A stretch of 54,249 nt of DNA, filler included, from Catajapyx aquilonaris (lineage: Eukaryota), in NCBI GenBank assembly GCA_000934665.2. It is 2 parts of 2 records of this genome, joined end to end, with 100 filler letters (N's around TTAATTAATTAA, not from the genome) between each part and the next. Parts side by side here need not be neighbours in the genome. Positions count along the whole stretch, not along the records: positions 1 to 27,052 come from JYFJ02005121.1; 1 more part is not named here. One strand, written 5' to 3'. The notes under the pieces were generated by a model. The model had not been told where the DNA came from. It saw only the letters and a program-made list of their open reading frames with translations, and ran no database searches. Numbering within the stretch: the first letter of the stretch is position 1; every line of letters starts with the position of its first letter. The position numbers were made by a program, and so were the translations under genes. Positions 1 through 17,633 of the stretch are shown piece by piece.

Positions 1-600
1 CTGGGCGCGGATGAGCAGGGGCACAAAAGTGTGCAGGAGGTGGCATGTGGACGCTACATGCGGGACCCAACATGGCCGCCGCCAGTCATGTTGGGTCCCA
101 CATGCCCGCCATTTTGAGCCTGTCTACCTCCGCGCATATTTTGATCCCCGGATAGTGGCGCCCTGCTAGCGCCTACTTTTTGACGACGAATTTGCTTGAC
201 TTTGAGTCTGAAAGTTGCCGATACCTATCCGGGTATCAGAATATGTGCAGAGGTAGACACGCTCAAAATGGCGGGCATGCGGGACCCAATAGGGCATAGC
301 TGGCGGCCTTATTGGGTCCCGCATGCCCGCCATTTTTTCGCTGTCTACCTCTGCACATATTCTGATACCCGGATAGGTATCGGCAACTTTTGGACGCAAA
401 GTCAAGCAAATTCGTCGTCAAAAAGTAGGCGCTAACAGGGCGCCACTATCCGGGGATCAAAATATGCGCGGAGGTAGACAGGCTCAAAATGGCGGGCATG
501 TGGGACCCAACATGACTGCAGGCGGCCATGTTGGGTCCCGCATGTAGCGTCCACATGCCACCTCCTGCACACTTTTGTGCCCCTGCTCATCCGCGCCCAG
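1..600. mobile_element. Near-perfect 600-bp palindrome (MITE/foldback element)
   Basis: 1-~290 is the reverse complement of ~310-600 (CTGGGCGCGGATGAGCAGGGG ... CCCCTGCTCATCCGCGCCCAG); the mirror-image ORFs 166-405(-) and 196-435(+) are a by-product. Confidence 0.8.
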
Positions 601-1469
601 TTTGAACCAAATTGAAAAGAATAGCCATATTTCTACCAGGGTAGCAGAAGTGGACAGGAGGTATGCACATTCAACTAATAAAAATATTTGTCATTATCCT
701 GTGGCGTCATTAATTGCAATTACCCTCTTTTTCACTGTGAAAAAAATGTTCGCCGAGAGGTACTCCAGCTCCTTACCTTCTGATCACCCAGCGGTGGACG
801 TCGCCAATAGACCAACTCATCGCATGAAGTTTTGTTGCGTTACAAACCTGTACTGCATACGCCATGGAATTAGATAGTTAATACTGGCCAATGGGTTAAC
901 TTCAACAATTATTTGAGTAACATATTTTAATGTCTTTAAAGACGAAGCAGTCTCATATGCTAATGACAGAACCGTTCATTAATTAAATTGTACACTTACC
1001 GCCCTGAAGACCTAATATAAAATTTAACAATTTAAAATGCCCTGTATGGAGAAAATAAGGTGTTGAAATATGTCGTGATGGACAAGTTGGTTACATACTG
1101 TTCAGTTCACATGTTTATTAACACAGTAATTAACAATTATGCACATAAATTATTTCTGTTTGTTGAGCGTTTCTTTTTTTAGATCAGTTTAACACTCGGG
1201 CTATACCGAAGGGCCTTTAACTCTTGTATCGACATTGAATTTTTACGCCCCAGTAATAACTTGCGACAAACCCGAGTCGAACCCGCCGCAAATTCCGTGC
1301 CTCGTTAGCACTTGACGAAAAAATACCGGGAAAAGCATTGATAATAAACAATGGAAAATCAGTCATTGCGGGTAGGCGGTATACTGTCTTTTACATTTTC
1401 GTACTTTGGCCCACTTGTCGCAAGTACATGCGGAGCAACGAATAAATACAGAGCACACGATACTTTTCT

Positions 1470-6757
<5,288 letters not shown>

Positions 6758-9700
6758 TATCTCGCCCAAGTCGATCCAATTCTTATCTGGGCAGGGGGGG
6801 GAAATAATTATTAGTCGGAATCACACGCTACAACAATGCAACTGGTGCAATGTTCCCCCAACCTGGGCTTGAACCGCCCGTCCACACCAGTGCAGCACCA
6901 GCAGCCAGGCTGGGTCATTCCCAACACAAAACAGGCCCAGGAAATGACGGAAAATGATGGGAAAATTAATAAACAAAAAATATTATTATAATTCCTTATG
7001 GAATGTCCGCCATCTTGGAAATCAAACTTTTCCAATATGGCCGACCTTTTTTTTTTCATGTTCGATTTTTTCGGTTTTTCATGGTTTTTCGCACCTTCTT
7101 TGCCCCGAATTGCATGTATTTTTCGCGTGCAATACTCACCGGTGGTTTCCACTGGACGGACCCCGGTATCCGGAAGGTCCGTACGGGCCACAGTTGGCGC
7201 AGAAATACGGAACAGACGGGGGGAGACAACAACAACAAACGTACGCCGAACTGGAACAAGGAAGAAGAAAAAAAATGAGCAAAAAATCATACCGCACATT
7301 ACATCTTACATTTCAATAAAAATTACAATCAATCAATATTAATTGCTAAAATTGCAACTAATTAATAGTCAATTAAATTTGCGGTTCATCATACGGAACG
7401 CCAGTTCGTTCCGGTTATTTAGCTGCGATCGTTCCTTTGATTAGCGGCCATCTTGGTTCGTTCCTATTGTTAGCGGGAATTTTTGAATTCTTGCTCCAAA
7501 CCGGACCCGGTCTAGACTCGGTCCACTTCTGTAAAAAAAAAACTTATGTAAACTAAATCCACTGAAAAGTATGCGGTTAAGTCAATCATCATAATCAACA
7601 TCGAAGCTGGATTTTTAATTTTTATTTCTCTGGCCCAATAAATGATAATACAATGTTGCCTGCTTTACATTGCAGGGTTGCCAAATAAGTGTCATGGAAA
7701 TTTTACAGCATTAAAATATTTAATGATGCTGCCCAGTATAACATGGCGGCAATAGGCAGAAAGTGTGAAGCGGACAGAAGCGGCGCTGTTGTGATTCCAA
7801 TGCGGGTCGTACACTACTTGTCCTGTACGAAAAATTAGTTAATGACAATCCCATCAAAAAAAAAAAAAATACTTACGTTTAATTGCTTCCGGATATTATC
7901 AGCCTGAACATTCCGGACTTTTATAGTCGACATTGAAACGCCTTTGGTCGTCACGTACTTATCCACACACTTCAGAAGATCTGAAGCAGTCCTGCAAGTA
8001 TTACATGTATTATTGTGCAATTAAAAATAATTGTGTTGTACGTACTGGCAGTCCGTCTTGATATGGCTACTCTTGAATAGTCGAGTAGCTCTCACGGGAA
8101 AGTTTCTCATGCAAAGAGGCGGGCTTCCTGCGCCGTAACACACTGCCGAAAGACACAATATTATTAGATTAATAATTTCAGGCTCATTTTTGTAGTTAAT
8201 GACGGCTCAAGTGAATCTACTACATACATACGTGCTCTGATCATTTATATATACTGTTTAATCTACTCAAATTCGGCCCAACCCTCGACCGATCCTAAAT
8301 AATTCCTGACGGTGTGAATCACATCGTTACGCCTTCGCTAATTATTTCCTCAACTAGTGATTCATGACATATTTTTTCATGCCATTGATATAATTAATTG
8401 TACCGTACTCAGAACAAACTGCTTGTTGTTCAATCACAGAGATAACACAGTGACACGATCAGGACATTTATCTTTCAACCCTTTGTGATAATTAATCAAT
8501 ATTAATTATTACTCTCACGATAATGATCTGAAGTGCGTACTTTGTTCGTTATTACAACTCGAGGGTATGTAAACTGATGTAAACTCTCCAATAATGAATG
8601 GGATGAGTTATTTTTTCAACAGCGCAATTTTTTTCTCCATCTGGCTCCTTTTTTTTTTTAATATGAAAAATTGGCGGCCGAATTTAACTTAACGATGCTT
8701 TCGACATTATCCAAAGTCCAATCAAACTATAGTTGACAATATTTATCTATACTTTCCGTGCTTTTGTCCAATAAGTATGCGCATAACCTCAGCATATTGA
8801 GCAATGAACAATCCGCAAATATATTATCCGTGCATTTTACATCATCAAGTGCGACTAACATATTTAAAGGAGACGAGTTCAACAAACCGGATTAAATAAC
8901 AAACCTAAGCCTGGGATAACATATCAATCGCACACATTTAAGGCAGACATGTTGTCACAGTTACATTCTGCGTATGACATTCACTTTCCAAATAAATTGC
9001 ATGGAAAATGATTGCAAGTCACAGGGTGTTGCTAAGCTGTGCGATCAAGATTGTGTTGGGGATAAACTGTTTAAAACTATAGCTAAAAATCAGAGTTACG
9101 TAAGTATATATGAGTCACGAGTTATCGTCCAAGTCATAAAGTTATGCGCCAGATTAAAATATGCCGTACATATCTTCTCCGAATCAACGAATTACTGATA
9201 CACTGAATTACACTCACGATGATAATGATCTGAATATAGTGCATATACGTAAATTTACATACGGGTAATGTGGGGCACTCGAATATATTACACTGGCGAT
9301 ACGCTTAAAATCAGCTAAATCCATACAGAATTATCTGGCGACTATGTAGTTTAACAATCTTGTACTAGACATATATTAAATAAAATAAATATAATATTGT
9401 TCCATATCTTTCGTGGCCTATTCTTATATATTTTTTTTTGGAAAATTAATTCCAGTATTCAACTTGTGGAAAAAACATTTCATCTTAATTTGGCTAGGAA
9501 ATCCAGAAACTTTGTCTTGCACGAACAGACAATGTGATCAGGGTTGGACTTCTGACCAAATATTTTCTGCATTCCACCGATTTTAAGCCAGTGTAATTCG
9601 AATGCCCCACATTACCCGTATGTAAATTTACGTACACTACTGACACTTCCGTTGCAAACATAGTCATATCTCGAGTGTCAACCCCATAGTCGCCATGCAA

Positions 9701-10362
9701 TAGTCCGGTTGTGACGTCCCCGTTCAACATGAACATGTCGCTGTTACTTCCGCCGTAAAACATTTTTCGGCCATTTCCGACCACGAATATGTTCGAGCCG
9801 TCGCCAAATCCTTTTGCCGAATCGTCACCTTCGTACAGTTAACATGGCACGTAGCCATAATTAGCGTGAACCTGCGTACCATTTTTTTCCTTCCTGAGAA
9901 ACGTCTCTTCAGTACTTCAGTCGTCAAGTCAGATCCGCAGCATCTGTTGTCCGCTGTCGTAGATCAAATCAGCTTCTGAAAGTTAAATCGTATCAAACAA
10001 AATTCATCGTCTTTTAATCCTATTAATGCGATATGATAAATGGGTTATCATTACAAGAACTCGTAATCAAGACGATATTACGAGAAAATTCAAGGGAAAT
10101 TATGTCAAAAAATTAAGACATCATCTACCATTGCATACAAAAAATGTAGAGTCAGTCATACTTACCTGTATTGTCCCGCAGTAATATTTTGCTGAATAAA
10201 TAAGTGCAATTGTACAAAGAGAAAATTTAATAAATGGCCGTGAAATGAACAAATGCAATAAAAATGGTACACAAACTGTCATCTCCGAGAATATTTATTA
10301 ATAAATTACAATTAACTAGGTTTTTCTTGATGGACTCATGCGATATTTAACAAAAATTATTC

Positions 10363-11548
10363 CTATTGTTCATCTGTCGCTTTATGCAAACTTTGCGTAC
10401 GATTTGTTAACTCAGATTCACTCGCAAAAGGTGCACCACAAGATCCGCATTTAAACGACTCGTCATTGTGCTTCTTTACGTGTTGACAGTAGTAGCGATA
10501 GTCTTTAAACGACTTTTCGCAAACATCGCATTTGTGCAACCCTTTCTTGTGAACCACCCAAATGTGGACCCCCAAATAGCTTTCAGACGATAGGATTTTG
10601 CTGCAAATGTGGCACTTGTACGGAGAATCGTCTGAGTGTTCGGCTTTGAAATGCTCCACCAGACGCCTGCTCTGAGCGAACGACTTGTGGCACTCGCTGC
10701 ACGAATATGGCTTCTTTGAATGAGTCGATTCGTGCGCTTCCAAACCGGATTGAAATTCAAAGCACTTTGTCACATGCATAGGACTTCTTGAAGTGTTTGC
10801 GCTGATGGTTGGCAAGGTTGCAAGGGCGGAAGAACTGCTTGTTGCAGTAATCGCACGTGTACGGATTCTCCCGATGGCGTGTCCGCAAGTGACTCTTCAA
10901 CCACTCGTCCTTGGCAAACGTCTGATCGCACCGGCTGCAAGCAAACGGCTTAATCTTCTGCGCACTATGCGTAATCACATGCATGGTCAGGCTGCTCTTT
11001 TGGCTAAACGATCGACCGCATATGTCGCACGTGAAGGGCTTCTCCCCCGTATGACTCCGCATGTGACGGGCCAAGTGGCCGAAGCAGCTGAAGGTTTTTG
11101 CGCACAGTTCGCATCTTGCCATGCTCAAATCCGGATGTCGTGTCCGCATATGCTGGGTCAGCCATTGTTCGGTTGCGAATTTGGCTTGGCAATACTTACA
11201 CGGGTGGAGCGTACCGTGGTTCGTACTCTCAGGCTGCTTATCCGGATGCGCTGTCTTAATGTGATGCGACAACCAAGCCTCGGTCGTGAAGCAGGAGTCG
11301 CAGTACTCACACTGGTGCGTGTCGCTACTTCCCGGATTCGCATCGAGCGGATCCGTCGCTTCCGTCGTGTCGAAAGTGGCCTCAATTTCCTCCTCCTCTA
11401 TCTTCACCTGTACGTCGCACTCTGCCGTCTCCTCTTCTGCAGGCTGCGGTGCATGTTCCTCCTTGATTTGACCTCCAGCTGACCCGTAGTTGACCTCCAT
11501 TTCCCATGTCTCTTCAGCGGAACAAGTGTCTTCCACCTTGACCTCCAT
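10363..11548 (-). CDS. Multi-finger C2H2 zinc-finger protein (about 11 fingers) with a frameshift near 10766; pseudogene or sequence error
   Basis: Acceptor at 11561-11560, then ATG 11548 (MEVKVEDT...VKIEEE). The fingers of ORF 10757-11758 continue in ORF 10363-10815. At the junction (tgt gac aaa gtg ctt tga) there is one extra base and the finger lacks one Cys. Confidence 0.75.
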
Positions 11549-14133
11549 CGCAGGCTGATCTGTAGAGAAAGTAGTTAACACCAATCGCAATCTCACGTAT
11601 CTGCACATACCCACAGCTGCTGGGGTTCGCCCTGATGCCATAGGGCGTGCTAATTGGCCCCGGGGCGAACAAGCCCGGGCAAAAACACCAGAGAAAACAC
11701 AGGGGCCAGAATCGAACGTTTCACAAAGGGTAACAGCGCCATTGACAGACGCGGCCAAAATATGGACTAAATAGCAAAGCGGCTGCTAGTAACAGTTCCA
11801 GAGCATAGCCGCTATTTAAGCCACTCTAAAAGTAACGTCTGAGTTTTCATGCTATTCGGCTATTTATGCCCGCAGGGACACAAATAAGCCACATAAAAGA
11901 TAAAACATACCTGGAATCGGACGCTTTGGCTGACAATTAACATACCGTACATTATACTAAAGGCGTCGCAGCATATCCTGGAACAGGAAGTGCGGGAAAG
12001 AGGGTCACACATTTATACGTCTGTTGACATTCATTGGTTCAAATCATGACAAGCATCCAGTGTAATTATTTTGGTCAATATTTTAGTTTTATTTCCAGAA
12101 CAATAAAAGAATACAAATTCTTCTAACACATTCACATTAAACATTTTTCTAACACAACTACAACCAACGGCCTCGTTGTAACCCTTTTAAAACACAACAT
12201 GTCACTTCAATGTCTTTCTCAAAAGTAGGGCAATGTGTCGAAAAGACTAATGCCATCCTGAACGAGGCAATATCAAGGAAGCCATCAGTTATTATGATAT
12301 TAATTATAAGCAAAATTTCCAATCCGGAAAAAGAAATAATGGAAACCTTAACAATATTCAATGTGCTGCATGTCATTCTGATTATTATAAAGAAGGCGTA
12401 GGCTACGCCACGATCAAGTACATGGTCTATGGCAGCCGTTAAAGTGATGAATGAGGTGCAACAATTTCTTCATTTTAGAAAACCATACAAGATTAAATAT
12501 TTTGTTGTAAATTTCGCAAGGCACTAAATAAAGCCGAAAATATTAATGATCCTATAAACTGTGAACTATGCCGCCCTGTTGTTCACCTCCTTATGGATAT
12601 CCTAAAATCTAATGAAACTTATCTTTGAGATGCGGAAGTCTATACACACAACCATCGTGAACTGAGGCACCTTGTGGCAAGTCCCTGCTGGTAATAAATC
12701 AATAGCCGACGTCGTCTAGGTTCAAATATCTAAAACTACACCATAACTTTCTGTTAATTTGCAATACACATTTATTTTCCATCGTATTCAGCAATATTTC
12801 AATTAAGGTAGTTTGAATTTTGAGATTATTATGCCTTCTCGAATTTGTCACTCACACAAACCTATACGGAGCATTTTAATCGTCTTTTACTTTTCAAAGC
12901 CGTTTCGGCGATACTTGCCGTAAAATATCTTCCTTCATGTGTGTTTTCACGTGTCTTTTCAAAGTCCCTGAGAAAGCAAACAATTTCTGGCAGACATGAC
13001 ATTGAAATGGTTTTTCCCCTGTATGCACCCGCATGTGTGTTTTCAAATCCCCTGCCTGCGTGAATTTCTTTTGGCAGACTTGGCAATGAAATGGTGTTAC
13101 TCCTGTGTGCACCCGCATGTGTTTTTTCAAATTCCCTGCCGTCTGGAACTTCTTCTGGCAGTCCTGGCAATGAAATGGCCTTTCTCCTGTGTGCACCCGC
13201 ATGCGCATTTCTTTTTACACACCTGACAACAATATGGAGTTTCTCCTGTGTGCAGCAGCATGTGTGTTTTCAAATGCCCTGCCAGCGTGAATTTCTTTTG
13301 GCAGACTTGGCAACAATATGGCCTTTCTCCTGTGTGTTTTCGCAAATGTCTCTTCATGCTGTGTATGTAGCTGAACTGTCTGTGGCACACTTGGCAGCTG
13401 AATGGCTTCTCCCCAGTGTGTGTTCTCATATGATCTTTCAACTCACGTCCAGAACTAAATTTTTTGGGGCAAGTTTTGCAGTGGTGCGGCTTTTCCCCAG
13501 TGTGATGTGTTCTTATGTGCATCTTCAACTGGTCACCTCTCCCAAACCTCTTCAGGCACGTTGAACAACTGAATGGCTTCTCCCCAGTGTGTGTTCTCAT
13601 ATGAATATTCAATTTACTTGGCTTTCCAAATTTCTTTTTGCAAACACTGCAACTGAATGGCTTATCACCTCTGTGGATTTTCATGTGTACTTCTAAATTA
13701 TCTGCTGTACTGAACTTCCTCCGGCACATTTGGCAGGGAAATACCTTCTTTTCTGCTCCTGTCTTTCGTTTACCTTGCACGTGGACTTAATTCTTCTCAA
13801 TTCCAGCAGGTGAGTTCCTTTGTCTTTTCTGAAAGGTCAGCATATGTCAGGTGTGTGGGACGGAGGTTCAGATAAAACAGAAAAACTCCAATCAAGTATT
13901 TGAGTGCTGTGAAATGGGGTCGTACATTGCACTCGAGCAGAAATATCTGGCTTGAACTTCATGTGATCAACACGCAACTACCGGCCCACAACATGCAAAA
14001 AAAAAAACATGTATGTTGAGATAAGCAAACCACTGCACTCCCCTTTATGCAGCCCAAGTAATGGTAGAAACCTCGTTTCTCTATATATACGAGCCTAATC
14101 CGTTGCAAAGTAAGGGACAGAGTAAAACCAAGG

Positions 14134-17100
14134 GACACTATCCAAGTGTCACTCGCCGATTTTCATGAAATTCGGTGCATTGGTAGCCCACCCCAAGGGA
14201 TGAAAAACGCACCTAAAGTTACCTGATCAAAATGATCCTGCGACTCATTTTTGAGGGGGCCAAAGGTCAGCTCCTAAAATTCCGGCATCACCGATTTTCA
14301 CAAGGGGGTAATCACTCGACTGAAAACAGTGAAAAGTGTACACCGGAGTACCAAATTCAAGGAGTACCAAGGAGTACCGAGGAGTACCGAGGAGTGCCAA
14401 AGAGTACCAAACCTAGCAGTGGCGTAGGGAGGGGGGAGGTTGGGGGGGGGGGGGGNGGGCCATTGTGTGGGTTCCGGAATATATTCCGGAAGCCACATCA
14501 CATGTCCCGAAGTCGCACGGTCGCGTGGTCGGACGGTCCGAGTCGTGGTTTGAGACCACAGCAGCTGGTAGTGTAATAGGCCAAAGTATACTAACTTGAC
14601 CTTTTGGCCCAGACATTACAAAATGAGACGACAAGATATAATACAAAGCGACACTGCAAAAGTGCATCAGACTTATTGTAGTACCAGGATCAGCGGCGTA
14701 GGGAGGGGGATGGGGTTGGGGGAAGTTGTAACCCTCCCTGCCCTGGACCCCCAAAAAATATAGTTCAAATCAGCTATTTTAAGGTATAAAACCGCACCTT
14801 CGCAAATATTGTATGTGGTGGATGATGTAAGTCATATAATTATATTCCAAATGGAAAATAACTGTAACGTGACAATACATCCCGAATTTTCCGGGGCAGT
14901 CCCGAATTTTCATCCTTTGTCCCTGATTTTTTCAAGTGTCATTCGGGACGCCCATTTGTCCCGGATTCGGCCAAACTGTCACAGTTAGGGCTAGTGTTGT
15001 AGGGAAAACCTGATTTTTCGTTTTTTCCTATGAAAATTTGGGTTTCTCTCGTTTTTTACAAAGACCCAGGTTTTTAACAGAAAATCTGCATAGATTATTA
15101 TGTTTCAAAAATTTAACACATAAAATGATGAGATCAAAACTCTCACAATCATAAAATATTTCCATTTTTTGTGATGTAGGCTATTCCAACTTGTCAGTAG
15201 CCTACAAAAATGGAAAAACTAATCTAGCCTACAGTTCTGGACATCAGTATGCCCATCACTACTGCTTGTGTCACCTTTTTTTTGTTAGAATCAGATTCCA
15301 CCACAGTAAAAGTGCAACAAAGCAGGTTTTTTTCTGAGTTTTTAAAATTACTTCTCATCGTGACCCATTTCTTTTTCCCATGTAATGTAGTCTAATGTCG
15401 AATATGGAGTTTGACTACAACTTGTACTACAATTATTACATATCCCATGCACACATTTTTCTGGTATTTATACCTTTCTAGGTTTATACCTTGAATATAT
15501 TACGCTCTTTGTATATACAGTATTTCAGCCAATTCCCAAAGAGTCTGTTGGGTCATTTGCCAGTTGTAATTATCTTGCATTTTCATCTTGCATAAAATAT
15601 CTTGAAAATTTTCATTTAAATAACTGGTGGCAGATATCCCGACATGTTCATAGTACACATATCCCCTGCACATAAAACCACTTGGAGATTCTATATGATG
15701 CCAAGATGCATATTGTGTCATAAAACCTTTGCGCTTTGGCAAAACGACATGGCCAGTAGTTAATAGGCAGCAGTGCCTGATCCCATCCATGATTCTGTCA
15801 GAAGGAAACAATGGTTTAGCGAATGCCCCCCTTTGCCCACCTCCTCCTCTCAACCATCTGGTCTCCTCTTATTGTTACGTACGTTAGCATATCAATTTTA
15901 TCGTCGCGCCTTCCGACGGGAGTAGGCATACCTGGGAATACCAAAGGAGTACCGAGGAGTACCAGGGAGTACCAAGGAGTACCAAAGGAGTACCGAAGAG
16001 TACCACTGCAGGTGTACACCGGAGTACCGAAGTGATTACCCCCTTGGATTTTCATGAAATTCGGTGCATTGGTTGGATTTATAAAGAATGACATTTTCTC
16101 AGGACATATTTATGTCAATAAAGCAGTGTTTGACACAAACAAAATGATGTCAAATACTGGACAAAACGTACTTGTGAAACAAAAAACAAGAGAGTCATTC
16201 CATGTCAAATCATCAAATAAATAATAAGTTTTGGATTTTGATGTCATGGATTTGGCTAATTTTTGGGAGACCTGTTCCTTCCCATCTGACATGGACAAAA
16301 ATATTTTTAAAAATTTTTTTTCCTGTCATCGGTTTTTGAATTTTGGAATGTTCAATAATTGCAAAACCTCCCAAAAACCACTCACCGACAAACCTTTAAA
16401 TATTATTTCCCAGAGAACCGTTCCAGATACAAGCTGGCAATGATCTCATTCTAAAGCCAATGAATAGGGCTTTCATATGATATATATGTAACATGTATTG
16501 TTATTCAGGACACATACGTTTTTCAGGACTTTTCAAAATTTCTTTTTACATTTTCCAAAATTAGGTATGATTTAAAATGTTCCTAAAATTCACACATATT
16601 GGTACACATCTACTGAAGGTCTAGTGAAAATTTCAGTGCGGGATCTCTATGCTGTCATACGAAAATGGAATTTCATTACATGTGAGGAAAATAATGATAA
16701 TTGGGTCATTCCATCTCAATTCTATTTCTGAAAAGTTGTGGCTTGACCCCTTCCGATGTAACTGAAAAGATCAAGTATGTAGGTATCCACACCTAATTGC
16801 GAAATCCTCAATTTGAGGCCGCTGGAGTCAAATCTCACGGAGATATAAAAATGGAAAGTTCAACAATGACGTCCAATACATGTTACATATATATCATATA
16901 TGAAAGCCCTATTCATTGGCTTTAAAATGAGACCATTGCCAGCTTGTATCTGGAACGGTTCTCTGGGAAATCATATTTAAAGGTTTGTCGGTGAGCGGTT
17001 TTTGGGAGGTTTTGCAATTATTGAGCATTCCAAAATTCAAAAACCGATGACAGGAAAAAAAAATTTAAAATATATTTTTGTCCATGTCAGATGGGAAGGA

Positions 17101-17633
17101 ACAGGTCTCCCAAAAATTAGCCAAATCCATGACATCAAAATCCAAAACTTATTATTTATTTGATGATTTGACATGGAATGACTCTCTTGTTTTTTTGTTT
17201 CACAAGTACGTTTTGTCCAGTATTTGACATCATTTTGTTTGTGTCAAACACTGCTTTATTGACATAAATATGTCCTGAGAAAATGTAGTCATTCTTTATA
17301 AATCCAACCAATGCACCGAATTTCATGAAAATCGGTGATGCCGGAATTTTAGGAGCTGACCTTTGGCCCCCTCAAAAATGAGTCGCAGGATCATTTTGAT
17401 CAGGTAACTTTAGGTGCGTTTTTCATCCCTTGGGGTGGGCTACCAATGCACCGAAATTCAAGAAAGTCGGTGATGATTGAATTTTACGAGTTGAAATTTG
17501 GCAACCTCAAAAGAGGGTCACAGGATCATTTTGAGCAGGTAACCTCAGGTGCGTTTTTCATCCCTTGGGGTGGGCTACCAATGCCAATGCACCAAATTTC
17601 ATGAAAATCGGCGAGTGACACTTGGATGGTGTT
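14134..17633. mobile_element. Foldback/MITE with long inverted arms (left arm ~14134-14300 plus 16047-16500, right arm ~16874-17633), interrupted by a nested element
   Basis: 16047-16500 mirrors 16874-17331; 14158-14298 mirrors 17327-17460; the outer ends CCAAGTGTCACTCGCCGATTTTCATGAAA mirror each other. Confidence 0.8.
14301..16046. mobile_element. Non-autonomous DNA transposon (hAT/P-type, 8-bp TSD) inserted in the foldback arm
   Basis: 16-bp TIR CAAGGGGGTAATCACT; TSD GATTTTCA at 14293-14300 and 16047-16054; subterminal GGAGTACC repeats at both ends. Confidence 0.85.

Noticed and set aside
166..435. Two near-identical 79-aa ORFs on opposite strands
   Set aside because: Consequence of the palindrome; no coding evidence.
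11549..11758. N-terminal extension of ORF 10757-11758
   Set aside because: It starts at TTG and crosses a probable intron (donor 11610, acceptor 11560); ATG 11548 is more plausible.
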